A model generated the notes under the pieces. It did not search any database, was not told the origin of the DNA, and saw only the letters and a program-made list of their open reading frames with translations. A stretch of 64,000 nt of DNA from an uncultured Thermoleophilia bacterium (GTDB lineage: Bacteria; Actinomycetota; Thermoleophilia; UBA2241): assembly GCA_963699725.1 (NCBI GenBank), contig CAVOVA010000001.1, forward strand, positions 75,937 to 139,936, given 5' to 3'. A program made the position numbers and the translations under genes. Of the stretch, positions 54,889 to 64,000 are shown piece by piece (position 1 is the first letter of the stretch; each line of letters begins with the position of its first letter).

Positions 54889-55695
54889 ATGGGACAGTTC
54901 ATCCTGCCGAAGGACATTCCACTCGACCGCTATCCCAAGCCCGAGGTCTTCCTCGAGGAGGGCAAGCGGATCACGGAAGCAGCGCAGAAGCAGGGCATCA
55001 TCATGCGCGTCATGGGCCCGCTTGCGCTGCACTACTACTTCCCGGATCAGGTCGACCTGTACGCCAAGCTCGAGCGGCTGGGCGACCGGTACTTCACCGA
55101 CATCGACTACGCCGTCTACGGCAAGGGCCGCAAGGGCATGGCGAAGCTGATGGAGTCGCTCGGCTACGAGAACGACCTCCAGACCATGGCGATGACGGGT
55201 CAGACCCGCCAGATCTACTTCGGCGGCAAGGTCCCCATGATCGACATCTTCTTCGACAAGCTCGACTACTGCCATGAGATCGACTACGCGGGGCGCCTCG
55301 AACTCGACCCCTGGAGCGTCTCTCTCGCCGATATCCTGCTGCAAAAGTTGCAGATCTGGGAGATCAACGACAAGGACCTCAAGGACATCGAGTACCTGTT
55401 CACCGTCGCCGACTTCGGCGAGGACGACACCAAGAAGGTCAACGTCGGCTACATCTCCAGGCGTCTCGCCGACGACTGGGGCTTCTGGTACACGGCGACC
55501 ACCAACCTCGACCGCGTCAAGGACCACGTCGACGGCGTGGACGCCCTGAGCCCCGACCAGAAGGCCAAGATCAAGCAGGTGGCCGACGACGTCAGGGCGC
55601 GGATCGACCAGGAGCCCAAGACGCGCAAGTGGGAGAAGCGCGCCAAGAAGGGCACCAAGAAGATCTGGTACAACACCGGGTTCTCCGACTGGTGA
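54889..55695 (+). CDS. Hypothetical protein, possibly an uncharacterised nucleotidyltransferase (NTP_transf_5-like).
   Basis: ...MRVMGPLALHYYFPDQ...RYFTDIDYAVY... resembles the KGxAL...YP...R..DIDLLV signature. Lys-rich, unlike the Arg-rich neighbouring proteins. Confidence 0.4.
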   Translation: MGQFILPKDIPLDRYPKPEVFLEEGKRITEAAQKQGIIMRVMGPLALHYYFPDQVDLYAKLERLGDRYFTDIDYAVYGKGRKGMAKLMESLGYENDLQTMAMTGQTRQIYFGGKVPMIDIFFDKLDYCHEIDYAGRLELDPWSVSLADILLQKLQIWEINDKDLKDIEYLFTVADFGEDDTKKVNVGYISRRLADDWGFWYTATTNLDRVKDHVDGVDALSPDQKAKIKQVADDVRARIDQEPKTRKWEKRAKKGTKKIWYNTGFSDW

Positions 55696-55822
55696 TCCCG
55701 GGCCGGCCCGCCTTCGGGGGCGGCAGCCGGACGGTGTGCAGACAAGAGGGCCGGGGCGCCAAAGGCGCCCCGGCCCTCTTCGCGCGGTCGGCAGGCGCCC
55801 CCCTGCCGCGGCCGGCGCGCCG

Positions 55823-57214
55823 TCAGTGTGCGATGAGCTCGCCCTTCTCGATCAGTACGCGCACGTCGGCGAGCGTGGCCTCGAGGCGCTCCAGCACCTG
55901 GTCCATCTGTTCGTACGTGATGATCGCCGGCGGCTGCATGCGCAGGGTCAGGGAGTTGAAGAGCGTGCCGCCGATCAGCACGGCGCGGCTGAAGAGCCCC
56001 TGGCTCACGGCGTAGCCGATGTCGGAGTCCCGGAACTGCATGCCGATGATCACGCCGACGCCACGGACCTCCTCGAAGAGGTCCGGGTAGCGGCCGGCGA
56101 GCCCGGTGAGCTTGCCCTTGAGGTAGGCGCCCTTCTCCGCCGCCTGACCCGGGATGTCCTCCTCCAGCGTGGCGTGCAGGGCGCCGATCGCCGCAGCCGT
56201 GGCCATCGGGTTGCCGCCGAACGTCGTCGTGTGGATGTACGGGTTGTCGTACATGGTGGAGAAGACGTCCTCGGTGGCGATGAAGTTGCCGATCGGGATG
56301 ACCGCGCCGCCGAGGGCCTTGCCCATGGTCATGATGTCCGGGGCCACTCCCGAGTGCTCCATCCCCCAGAGCTTGCCCGTGCGGCCCATCCCGGTCTGCA
56401 CCTCGTCGGCGATGAGCAGGATGCCCCACTTGTCGCAGATCTCGCGAACCTTGGGGAAGTAGTCGGCCGGTGGGATGATCGCGCCGGCCTCGCCCTGAAC
56501 GGGCTCCGCGATGAATGCGGCGACGTCAAGGCCTACCGCGTCGCAGATGCCGAGCTGTTTGTCGAGGGCGTCGGCGTCGCCGTAGGGCACGAAGCGCACG
56601 CCCGTCATGAGCGGATTGAAGGGCTCGCGGAACTCGCCCTTGCCGCTGACGCTGAGGGAGCCGAACGATTTGCCGTGAAAGCCGCGCGTCGTGGAGATGA
56701 TTCCGAGGGTGTGGTTTGGCTTCTTGCGCCGCGCCCACAGCTTGGCGATCTTCATGGCGCCCTCGTTGGCCTCGGTGCCGGAGTTGCAGAAGAAGGAGTA
56801 GCGCAGGTCGCCGGGCGTGACCATGGCGAGCAGGTGGCTGAGATAGCCGCGCATCGGGTCCAGGAGCTCCTGCGAGTGCAGCGCCTGATGCTCGAGCTGG
56901 TCGCGGACGGCCTTGACCACAGTGGGGTGCCGGTGCCCGAGCATGTAGATGCCGAAGCCGCCGAGGCAGTCGATGTACTCCTTGCCGTGGATGTCGTAGA
57001 AGACCGAGCCCTCGTCGCGCCACTCGACCGACGTGTAGTCCGTCGAGACGGACTTGCGATACTCGAGGATGCCGGGGTTGACGTAGCGGTCGAAGTTCGT
57101 CACGCAATCGGTCACGACCTCCTGCTGTTCGTCGGCGCTGAGCACGGATTTCGACATCAGGTCCAGCGCCTTGCGCGATTCTCGCAATACCTCTTGTCTC
57201 GCTGCGTCCTGCAT
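55823..57214 (-). CDS. patA: Class-III PLP aminotransferase, putrescine aminotransferase-like (YgjG/PatA).
   Basis: MQDAARQEVLRE...VNPGILEYRKSV...FYDIHGKEYIDCLGGFGIYMLGHRHP...LHSQELLDP...FFCNSGTEANEGAMK...ADEVQTGMGRTGK...TMGKALGG...HTTTFGGNP. Near-collinear with E. coli PatA as recalled from memory. Shine-Dalgarno GGGGGAACGA. Confidence 0.8.
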   Translation of the reverse strand: MQDAARQEVLRESRKALDLMSKSVLSADEQQEVVTDCVTNFDRYVNPGILEYRKSVSTDYTSVEWRDEGSVFYDIHGKEYIDCLGGFGIYMLGHRHPTVVKAVRDQLEHQALHSQELLDPMRGYLSHLLAMVTPGDLRYSFFCNSGTEANEGAMKIAKLWARRKKPNHTLGIISTTRGFHGKSFGSLSVSGKGEFREPFNPLMTGVRFVPYGDADALDKQLGICDAVGLDVAAFIAEPVQGEAGAIIPPADYFPKVREICDKWGILLIADEVQTGMGRTGKLWGMEHSGVAPDIMTMGKALGGAVIPIGNFIATEDVFSTMYDNPYIHTTTFGGNPMATAAAIGALHATLEEDIPGQAAEKGAYLKGKLTGLAGRYPDLFEEVRGVGVIIGMQFRDSDIGYAVSQGLFSRAVLIGGTLFNSLTLRMQPPAIITYEQMDQVLERLEATLADVRVLIEKGELIAH

Positions 57215-57503
57215 TCGTTCCCCCTGAATCAGAAGCGATGACCGCATAATCCCTTGATTTGCAGTATAGTTCGGACAACCGACCGAACCACGACTCCAAT
57301 CTATCCCGATGGGCTCGGCGGCGCAACGGTCATCCGTCCGCCGGCCGCCGCGATCGACTTCCCTCGTAGTCGGGGGCGAAGCGCGGTACGCTGGACCAGC
57401 TTTGGACCGCATGTACGAAGTCACGCAGGCCGAGGCGCGTCATCCGGCTGCTGCAGGGCGGGGAGCTCGCGTGGGACGTGCTCGACGGGAAGGAAAGGGT
57501 CAT

Positions 57504-57803
57504 ATGACAGATGGAGTGAGAGGCGACACCGCGTATACGCCGTCGGAGGCGGTCGTGGCCCGCGAGATCGAGGGCGAGATCGTCATCGTGCCGCTGACCG
57601 CGGGGATCGGCGATCTCGAGGACGAGTTGTACTCCTTGAACGAGACCGGCAAGGACGTATGGCGGCTGCTCGATGGGCGCACGGTGGATGAGGTCGTCGA
57701 AGCTCTGACGGCAGAGTACGACGCCTCACGCGAAGAGATCGACCGCGACGTCTGTGGGCTGCTCGAGGAGTTGCTGCGCCGTGACATCGTGCGCGCGGCC
57801 TGA
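57504..57803 (+). CDS. PqqD-family protein (RiPP recognition element-like).
   Basis: MTDGVRGDTAYTPSEAVVAREIEGEIVIVPLTAG...LYSLNETGKDVWRLLDGRTVDEVVEALTAEYDASREEIDRDVCGLLEELLRRDIV. Shine-Dalgarno GGAAGGAAAGGG. An in-frame upstream extension from 57309 is possible but there is no Shine-Dalgarno for it. Confidence 0.7.
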   Translation: MTDGVRGDTAYTPSEAVVAREIEGEIVIVPLTAGIGDLEDELYSLNETGKDVWRLLDGRTVDEVVEALTAEYDASREEIDRDVCGLLEELLRRDIVRAA

Positions 57804-57856
57804 CGACCTCGGGCGAAGGGCGGTCGGGACTGGCTGAAGAGGCCCCCAGGATCGGC

Positions 57857-59653
57857 GTGCACAGCGTCCTGCATCTGGGGCGCACCCTGCGCCTCGTGTG
57901 GCGCATCGCGCCGGGGTGGACCGTCGCGACGGTCGCGCTCGCAGTCGTCCAGGGTGTCCTGCCGCTCGCCGGCCTTTACATGATCCAGCTCATCGTGAAC
58001 GCGGTGAGCGATGGCCTCAATGCGGTCGACAAGAGCGCCGCCTTCGGGGAGGTCGCGTGGCTGATCGCGATCGCCGGGGCGATCGGTCTGGCGTCGGCGC
58101 TCGCGCGTTCCATCTCGACGCTGGTCGGCGAGGCGCAGGGCCAGGTCGTCACCGACCACATGTCGGACCTCATCCACTCGCAGTCGATGGCCGTCGACCT
58201 CGAGTACTACGAGAACTCGAAGTACTACGACGTCCTGCATCGGGCACAGCAGGAGGCGCCCTACCGGCCGACCAAGATCGTCAACGATCTCGTCATGGTG
58301 GGCCAGAGCAGCATCACGCTTGTCGGCGTGATCGGCATCCTGTTCTCGATCCACTGGAGCGTCGGGTTGATCATCGTGGCCGCCGCCCTGCCCAGCGCCT
58401 ACGTGCGGCTGCGCTACTCGCAGCGCCTGTATCGTTGGGAGACCGAACGCACGGACTCCGATCGCCGCTCGTGGTACCTGCACTGGTTGCTCACGGACGG
58501 CAGCTACGCCAAGGAGATCCGCCTCTTCGACCTGGGCGAGACCTTTCGTGGCTGGTTCAAGGAGTTGCGCGGCGTGCTCCGCGGTGAGCGCCTGCGCATC
58601 ACGGCGCGGCGCTCACTCGCGGATCTCGCCAGCCAGACCGTGGCCACCCTGGCCGTGTTCGGCACCTTCGCCTATATCGCCTGGCGCACCCTGCAGGGCA
58701 GCATCACCCTCGGCGCCATGATGATGTACTACACGGCCTTCAACACCGGCCTGAGTGCATTGCAGAGCGTGCTCGGTGGGGTGGCGGGGTTGTACGAGGA
58801 CAACCTCTTCCTGACCTACTACCACGAGTTCATGGCCCTGGGACCCAAGGTCGTGGACCCGGCGGCGCCGCGCCCGGTGCCGCGGCCCATGCGGGAGGGG
58901 GTCGTCTTCGAGGGTGTGAACTTCAACTACCCGGACACCGAGCGGACGGCTCTCGCCGACGTCGACCTGCACATCAGGCCCGGCGAGGTGACCGCGCTCG
59001 TGGGCGCCAACGGCTCGGGCAAGACGACCATCGTCAAGCTCCTCTGCCGCCTCTACGATCCCCAAGGCGGCCGCGTGACTCTCGACGGTGTGGACCTGCG
59101 CGACCTGCCCGTGGCCGACCTCCGACGCGGCATCAGCGTGATCTTCCAGGATTTCGCCCAGTATCAGCTCACGGCGCGCCAGAACATCTGGATCGGCAAC
59201 GTCGCGCGGCCGCAGGACGATCCGGCGATCGAGGAGGCCGCCCGCGCCGCGGGCGCCGACGCCGTGATCGCGGAGCTCGGCCACGGCTACGACTCGATGC
59301 TGGGCAAGTGGTTCGAGGACGGTGAAGAGCTGAGCATCGGCGAGTGGCAGAGGGTGGCACTGGCGCGCGCCTTCGTGCGCGACGCGGAGATCCTCGTCTT
59401 CGACGAGCCGACGAGCGCTCTCGACCCGGTGAGCGAGTGGCAGGCCTTCGAGCATATCCGCGCCCTCTCGAAGGGCCGTGCCGTCGTGCTCATCAGTCAT
59501 CGCTTCTCGACGGTGCGCAACGCCGACCGCATCCACATCCTCGAGCAAGGGCGCATCGTCGAGAGCGGCGCGCACGCGGAGCTGATGCGGCTCGACGGGC
59601 GCTACGCGCGCATGTACGAAGTGCAGGCGCGCGCCTACCAGAACGAGGACTGA
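57857..59653 (+). CDS. ABC exporter, fused transmembrane and ATPase domains (type I exporter, MsbA/lasso-D-like).
   Basis: GTG start. Six transmembrane helices, then GANGSGKTT (Walker A), LSIGEWQRVALARA (signature) and ILVFDEPTSALD (Walker B). Confidence 0.85.
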   Translation: MHSVLHLGRTLRLVWRIAPGWTVATVALAVVQGVLPLAGLYMIQLIVNAVSDGLNAVDKSAAFGEVAWLIAIAGAIGLASALARSISTLVGEAQGQVVTDHMSDLIHSQSMAVDLEYYENSKYYDVLHRAQQEAPYRPTKIVNDLVMVGQSSITLVGVIGILFSIHWSVGLIIVAAALPSAYVRLRYSQRLYRWETERTDSDRRSWYLHWLLTDGSYAKEIRLFDLGETFRGWFKELRGVLRGERLRITARRSLADLASQTVATLAVFGTFAYIAWRTLQGSITLGAMMMYYTAFNTGLSALQSVLGGVAGLYEDNLFLTYYHEFMALGPKVVDPAAPRPVPRPMREGVVFEGVNFNYPDTERTALADVDLHIRPGEVTALVGANGSGKTTIVKLLCRLYDPQGGRVTLDGVDLRDLPVADLRRGISVIFQDFAQYQLTARQNIWIGNVARPQDDPAIEEAARAAGADAVIAELGHGYDSMLGKWFEDGEELSIGEWQRVALARAFVRDAEILVFDEPTSALDPVSEWQAFEHIRALSKGRAVVLISHRFSTVRNADRIHILEQGRIVESGAHAELMRLDGRYARMYEVQARAYQNED

Positions 59654-59735
59654 GCGCCTCGCGATGTCGCGCGAGCGCGCGCCGCTACGTGCCCGCGCGC
59701 GGTTCTCGGTCCGCCGGCCGGGCGCCATCGCGGGG

Positions 59736-60377
59736 ATGGTAGGGTGTGGCGCACGAGGGGGCATCATCGGCACCGACAGACTGACAGAGGACCCGACCGC
59801 CCAGCTGTCGCCGACGGCGCAGAGGCTGGTGGCCGCCGCACGCCGTCTGCTCGCGCGCGGCGGGTACGAGGCGCTCACCGTCGAGGCCGTCGCGGCGGAG
59901 GCCGGGGCGTACCGGGATTCGGTCAGGTACTACTTCGGCAGCAAGGCGGCCTTCATCGCCGCCGTGGTCGATTCCCTGAGTCACGACCAGAGCCTGAGCG
60001 CGGTGATGGAGACGCAGGCGGCGAGGGGCGGCGACGAACGCGTCCACGGGCTCGTCGCCGGCGACCGCCGCCTCGTGGACGATCGCGCCGCCTTCCGCGA
60101 CTTCTTCGCCATCCTCCCGCACGTCGTCCTCGACGACGAGTTGCGCGAACGAGTCGCGGCTCTCTACGAGTGGTACCGCGACCTCTACGTGGAGGGCCTC
60201 GGCGATGCGACCACGGCCGGGGAAGAGCGGCTGCGCCGCTTCGCCTCGCTCATGGTCGCGATGACGGACGGCCTCGCGGTCCAGAAGCTGCTCGACCCCG
60301 CGGGGGTCGACCTCGGACCGCTCTTCGAACTATGGGAGGGCATGCTCCGCAAGGCGCTGCTCTCCACCGCCGACTGA
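59736..60377 (+). CDS. TetR/AcrR-family transcriptional regulator.
   Basis: ...AAARRLLARGGYEALTVEAVAAEAGAYRDSVRYYFGSKAAFIAAV... An alternative upstream start lies at 59664. Confidence 0.75.
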   Translation: MVGCGARGGIIGTDRLTEDPTAQLSPTAQRLVAAARRLLARGGYEALTVEAVAAEAGAYRDSVRYYFGSKAAFIAAVVDSLSHDQSLSAVMETQAARGGDERVHGLVAGDRRLVDDRAAFRDFFAILPHVVLDDELRERVAALYEWYRDLYVEGLGDATTAGEERLRRFASLMVAMTDGLAVQKLLDPAGVDLGPLFELWEGMLRKALLSTAD

Positions 60378-60559
60378 GGCGGCTGCGCGGGGCGTCCGTC
60401 CCGGATCGCGAAGGGATCGTGGTCGTCTCCCCGCGGCCATCTCCGGCTCATTTACAGGCCCCAGACCGTGTTGTAGGCTCGCGACGTGCTTGCGGTGCCG
60501 CATGGGGGGTGCCGCGGCCGCGAGGCCAGCACACGTCTTCTTCGTAGGAGGGAAGGGTC

Positions 60560-60763
60560 TTGGCGCAGGGGAGCGTGAAGTGGTTCAGCAACGAGAAGGG
60601 GTATGGCTTCATCGAGCGGGAAGACGGTGACGACCTGTTCGTGCACTACTCCGAGATCACCATGGACGGCTACAAGACGCTCGTCCAGGGCCAGCACGTC
60701 GAGTTCGAGGTCACCGAGGGCGACAAGGGCCTGCAGGCCTCCACGGTGAGGCCGGTCGCCTAG
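60560..60763 (+). CDS. Cold-shock protein (CspA family).
   Basis: TTG start with Shine-Dalgarno [43 protein letters not shown]... RNP1 and RNP2 motifs. Confidence 0.85.
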   Translation: MAQGSVKWFSNEKGYGFIEREDGDDLFVHYSEITMDGYKTLVQGQHVEFEVTEGDKGLQASTVRPVA

Positions 60764-60890
60764 TCCAGGAGAGCGTGCAGGGGGCCCCGCCGGAGGCTTC
60801 GCCGGCGGGGCCCCCCTTTCTTGTAGGGCTTCTGAGGCTGGAGTAGGATAGCCGTCCCGCTTCGGCGGCCCGCAGCAGGAGGAACGCGAC

Positions 60891-61172
60891 ATGATCTCCG
60901 AAGACGACGTCCGCTACGTCGCGAAACTCGCCCGTCTCCGCATCGAACCGGATGAGGCGGCGCGCATGACCGGCGAGCTGGCCAGGATCCTCGCTCATAT
61001 CGACAAGATGAGCGAGCTCGAGCTGGCCGACGTGCCGCCTACCGCGCACGTCCTCGACGTCGTCAACGTCACGCGCGCCGACCGCGAGCGTCCGAGCCTT
61101 CCGCGCGACGAGGCGCTTCGCAATGCTCCCTCCGTCGCCGACGAGTGCTTCCGCGTGCCGAGGATGGGCTGA
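60891..61172 (+). CDS. gatC: Asp/Glu-tRNA amidotransferase subunit C.
   Basis: MISEDDVRYVAKLARLRIEPDEAARMTGELARILAHIDKMSELELADVPPTAHV. Shine-Dalgarno AGGAGGA. Confidence 0.85.
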   Translation: MISEDDVRYVAKLARLRIEPDEAARMTGELARILAHIDKMSELELADVPPTAHVLDVVNVTRADRERPSLPRDEALRNAPSVADECFRVPRMG

Positions 61173-61173
61173 C

Positions 61174-62676
61174 GTGACGGCGCTGGATCCGCTGCGTCTC
61201 ACGGCGCGCAACGCCAAGCGGCTGCTCGTGGACGGCGAGATCTCCTCCGCCGAGCTCACCAAGGTGTATCTCGATCAGATCGGCGCGCTCGAGTCCAAGG
61301 TGCGTGCGTACATCCTCGTGACCGCGGACAACGCCGCCAAGTACTCGACGAAGGTCGACCGGGAGATGCAGGCGATGCGCGGACCGCTCGCGGGACTTCC
61401 CATCGCCGTCAAGGACAACATGGTCACCGAGGGCGTCACCACCACGTGCGCCTCGAAGATCCTGCGCAACTACCAGCCGGTCTACACGGCCACGGCCGTG
61501 CGCCAGGTGTGGGAGGACCACGTGGTCATGCTGGGCAAGACCAACCTCGACGAGTTCGCCATGGGCTCGAGCACGGAGAACTCGTCGTACCAGGTCACGG
61601 CCAATCCGTGGGATCTCTCCACCGTACCGGGCGGCAGCAGCGGCGGCTCAGCCGCCGCCGTGGCCGCCGGCGAGGCTCTGTGGGCGCTGGGCAGCGATAC
61701 CGGCGGCTCCATCCGCCAGCCGGCCGCCCTGTGCGGCATCGTCGGCATGAAACCCACCTACGGCGCCGTGAGCCGCTACGGGCTCATCGCCTTCGCCAGC
61801 TCGCTCGACCAGATCGGGCCGCTCACTCGCTCCGTCTATGACTGCGCGCTGCTGCTTCAGCACATCTCCGGGCGCGACCCGCGGGACTCGACCAGTGTCG
61901 AGCTCCCCGAGCCGGTCGCGCTGCCGACGGCGGAGCGGCTCGACGGGCTGCGTGTCGGCGTGCCGTCCGAGTACCTGGCCGCCGGCATCGAGCCCGGAGT
62001 GCGGGCACGCTTTGACGAGACGCTCGCGCGCATCGAGGAGCTGGGCGGCGCGTGCGTCGAGATCAGCCTGCCGCACACGGAGTACGCCCTGCCGGCGTAC
62101 TACATCATCGCTCCGGCCGAGGCGAGCGCGAACCTCGCCCGCTTCGACGGCGTCCGCTACGGCTACCGCTGCGCCGATCCCGTCGACTTGCGCGATCTCT
62201 ACGAGCGCACGCGCGGGGAAGGGTTCGGTGCGGAGGTCAAGCGCCGCATCATGATCGGCACGTACGCGCTGTCGGCCGGCTACTACGACGCCTACTACGG
62301 GCGCGCCCAGAAGGTGCGCACCATGGTGCGCCGCGACTTCGACCGCGCCTTCGGCGACGTCGACCTGATCGCCTCGCCGACGTCGCCCACCGTAGCCTTC
62401 AAGGCCGGCTCGCGCACAGCCGACCCGCTCGCCATGTACGTCAGTGACATCTGCACGATCCCGGCGAACCTCGCCGGCCTGCCGGCGATCAGCATCCCCT
62501 GTGGTCTCAGCGACGGTCTGCCGGCAGGCTTCCAGCTCATCGGGCCGGCCTTCAGCGAGAACCGCATCCTCTCGGCTGCGCATGCGCTCGAGGGCACGAT
62601 CGGCTTCGACACGGCGCCGACCTTCCGCGACTCCGGCGCCGGTGATCCGGGCGTCGGCGAGGAGGCACCGCAGTGA
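61174..62676 (+). CDS. gatA: Asp/Glu-tRNA amidotransferase subunit A (amidase).
   Basis: ...GPLAGLPIAVKDNM...GGSSGGSAAAVAAG...GSDTGGSIRQPAA... Amidase signature. GTG start at 61174. An alternative ATG at 61123 would overlap gatC. Confidence 0.85.
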   Translation: MTALDPLRLTARNAKRLLVDGEISSAELTKVYLDQIGALESKVRAYILVTADNAAKYSTKVDREMQAMRGPLAGLPIAVKDNMVTEGVTTTCASKILRNYQPVYTATAVRQVWEDHVVMLGKTNLDEFAMGSSTENSSYQVTANPWDLSTVPGGSSGGSAAAVAAGEALWALGSDTGGSIRQPAALCGIVGMKPTYGAVSRYGLIAFASSLDQIGPLTRSVYDCALLLQHISGRDPRDSTSVELPEPVALPTAERLDGLRVGVPSEYLAAGIEPGVRARFDETLARIEELGGACVEISLPHTEYALPAYYIIAPAEASANLARFDGVRYGYRCADPVDLRDLYERTRGEGFGAEVKRRIMIGTYALSAGYYDAYYGRAQKVRTMVRRDFDRAFGDVDLIASPTSPTVAFKAGSRTADPLAMYVSDICTIPANLAGLPAISIPCGLSDGLPAGFQLIGPAFSENRILSAAHALEGTIGFDTAPTFRDSGAGDPGVGEEAPQ

Positions 62677-64000
62677 ACAGCCACCGCAGAGGAGCCGCCG
62701 AGGGGGGTGCCGGAGGCGCACCGCTCCGTGGCTGGGAGCCGGTGATCGGGCTCGAGATGCACGTCGAGCTCGACACGCAGACCAAGATGTTCTGCGGTTG
62801 TGCCGTCTCCAGAGGCGATGACCCCAACATCCACACCTGTCCGGTCTGCCTGGCTCACCCCGGCGCTCTGCCGGTGGTGAACCGGCGCGCCGTCGAGTAC
62901 GCGGCGCGCATCGCGCTGGCGCTGCACTGCGCCGTGCAGCCGCGCAACATCTTCCATCGCAAGAACTACTTCTATCCGGACCTGCCCAAGGCGTATCAGA
63001 TCAGCCAATACGACGAGCCGCTCGCGACCGCGGGGTGGTTCGAGTACTGGGTGGCCGGCGAGAAGCTCCGTTGCCGCATCAACCGCGTGCACATGGAGGA
63101 GGACGCCGCCAAGCTCGTCCACGCCGGCGGCGACACCGGGCGCATCGCCGGCTCGGACTACTCGATGGTCGACTTCAATCGCGGCGGCACGCCGCTCATC
63201 GAGATCGTCACCGAGCCGGACATCCCGTCGCCGGAGGCGGCCCGCGAGTTCCTCCAGCAGCTGCGCAACCTCGTCGTCGAGCTGGGCGTCAGCGAGTGCA
63301 ACATGGAGGAGGGGCAGATCCGCTGGGACGCCAACATCAGCGTTCGGCCGGAGGGTAGCGAGGATCTCGGGACGCGCACCGAGCTCAAGAACATGAACAG
63401 CTTCCGCTACCTGCAGCAGGCCCTGGACGCGGAGATCCCCCGCCAGATCGAGATCCTCGAGGCCGGGGGGACGATCGATCTCGAGACCCTGCACTTCGAC
63501 CCCGACACCGGCACCACGACGCCGCTGCGCAGTAAGGAGGAGGCGCACGACTACCGGTACTTCCCGGAGCCCGACCTGGTGCCTCTGGAGAACGATCCGG
63601 CCTGGGTGGAGGAGCTGCGCGCGACGCAGCCGGAGTTGCCGGCGGCGCGCGTGGAGCGCTTCACGACCGTCTACGGCCTCTCGCGTGCCGATGCCACCGT
63701 GCTCGGCTCGTCGGGCGCCCTCGCCGGGTTCTACGAGGAGGTCGTCGCGGCCGGGGTCGGCGCCAAGCCGGCGGCCAACTGGACGATGGGCGAGTACCTC
63801 GCCCATCTCAACGCCGCCGGCCTCGAGGCCGGCCACGGCCACGTCACTGCGGAGCGGCTCGCCAGGCTCGTGAAGCTCGTCGAGGAGGGGACTGTCTCGA
63901 CGAGCGCCGGCAAAGAGGTCTTCGCGCTCATGATCGAGGAGCGCGACGAGCCAGAAGCCATGATCGAGAAGCACGGCCTCGGCCAGATCAGCGACACGGC
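62673..64000 (+). CDS. gatB: Asp/Glu-tRNA amidotransferase subunit B. Partial: runs off the window end.
   Basis: GTG start overlapping the gatA stop. ...WEPVIGLEMHVELDTQTKMFCGC...NRGGTPLIEIVTEPD... Confidence 0.85.
   Translation, partial: MNSHRRGAAEGGAGGAPLRGWEPVIGLEMHVELDTQTKMFCGCAVSRGDDPNIHTCPVCLAHPGALPVVNRRAVEYAARIALALHCAVQPRNIFHRKNYFYPDLPKAYQISQYDEPLATAGWFEYWVAGEKLRCRINRVHMEEDAAKLVHAGGDTGRIAGSDYSMVDFNRGGTPLIEIVTEPDIPSPEAAREFLQQLRNLVVELGVSECNMEEGQIRWDANISVRPEGSEDLGTRTELKNMNSFRYLQQALDAEIPRQIEILEAGGTIDLETLHFDPDTGTTTPLRSKEEAHDYRYFPEPDLVPLENDPAWVEELRATQPELPAARVERFTTVYGLSRADATVLGSSGALAGFYEEVVAAGVGAKPAANWTMGEYLAHLNAAGLEAGHGHVTAERLARLVKLVEEGTVSTSAGKEVFALMIEERDEPEAMIEKHGLGQISDT

Noticed and set aside
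54889-55695. CBASS-type cGAS/DncV-like nucleotidyltransferase next to a phosphoesterase effector.
   Set aside because: The protein lacks the hG[GS] to [DE]h[DE]h spacing of cyclic-oligonucleotide synthases. The better fit is the uncharacterised NTP_transf_5 pattern. No CD-NTase-associated effector or Cap genes are present.
57215-57503. Lasso-peptide or other RiPP biosynthetic cluster centred on the PqqD-like gene.
   Set aside because: There is no asparagine-synthetase-like cyclase, no transglutaminase-like B2 protease, and no convincing short precursor ORF in the upstream region. The only in-frame upstream reading frame is continuous with PqqD itself. It is kept as a low-confidence finding rather than a cluster call.
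1-64000. CRISPR arrays, insertion sequences or transposases.
   Set aside because: No regularly spaced direct repeats and no transposase or integrase-like translations were found in any frame.

Overview
This is a very GC-rich (about 70%) bacterial window. Codon usage and gene content point to an Actinobacteria-like organism. In this GC regime many long ORFs in the six-frame track are antisense artefacts; I called genes only where the translation gave recognisable families.

The left third (1-18.8 kb) is the main point of interest. It reads as an anaerobic trihydroxybenzene (pyrogallol/phloroglucinol-type) catabolic supercluster:
- Two paralogous pyrogallol-phloroglucinol-transhydroxylase-like molybdoenzyme pairs (large alpha subunit plus FeS beta subunit with a C-terminal carboxypeptidase-regulatory-like beta-sandwich). 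They sit divergently around an IclR regulator.
- A TtrBCA-ordered, Tat-less (cytoplasm-facing) membrane-bound molybdopterin oxidoreductase (FeS subunit, NrfD membrane subunit, catalytic subunit).
- The four enzyme families of the recently described reductive phloroglucinol pathway: two short-chain dehydrogenases/reductases (SDRs), a cyclase-family hydrolase and a beta-keto-acid cleavage enzyme (BKACE), plus a 3-hydroxyacyl-CoA dehydrogenase and a cupin.
- Four IclR regulators.
- A recurring 11-mer motif, CCGTAT[C/G]GTGG, upstream of several of these operons.

The rest of the window contains:
- A LivK/LivHMGF-type ABC importer.
- 5-formyl-THF cyclo-ligase, a V4R-GGDEF protein with a degenerate A-site, rlmH and argS.
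- M42 and M55 peptidases, tRNA-Gly(CCC), a DtxR(FeoA-domain)/feoB pair.
- treT-otsA (trehalose synthesis).
- A glycosyltransferase translationally coupled to an orphan N4/N6 DNA methyltransferase.
- larC.
- A one-carbon block, fhs-fchA-folD, followed by a NuoE/NuoF-like flavoprotein pair.
- Two paralogous APC permeases flanking an Lrp regulator.
- A metallophosphoesterase plus an NTP_transf_5-like protein.
- Putrescine aminotransferase.
- A PqqD-like RRE protein with an ABC exporter and a TetR regulator.
- csp and gatCAB.

Both window edges cut genes: the Mo-enzyme at the start and gatB at the end.
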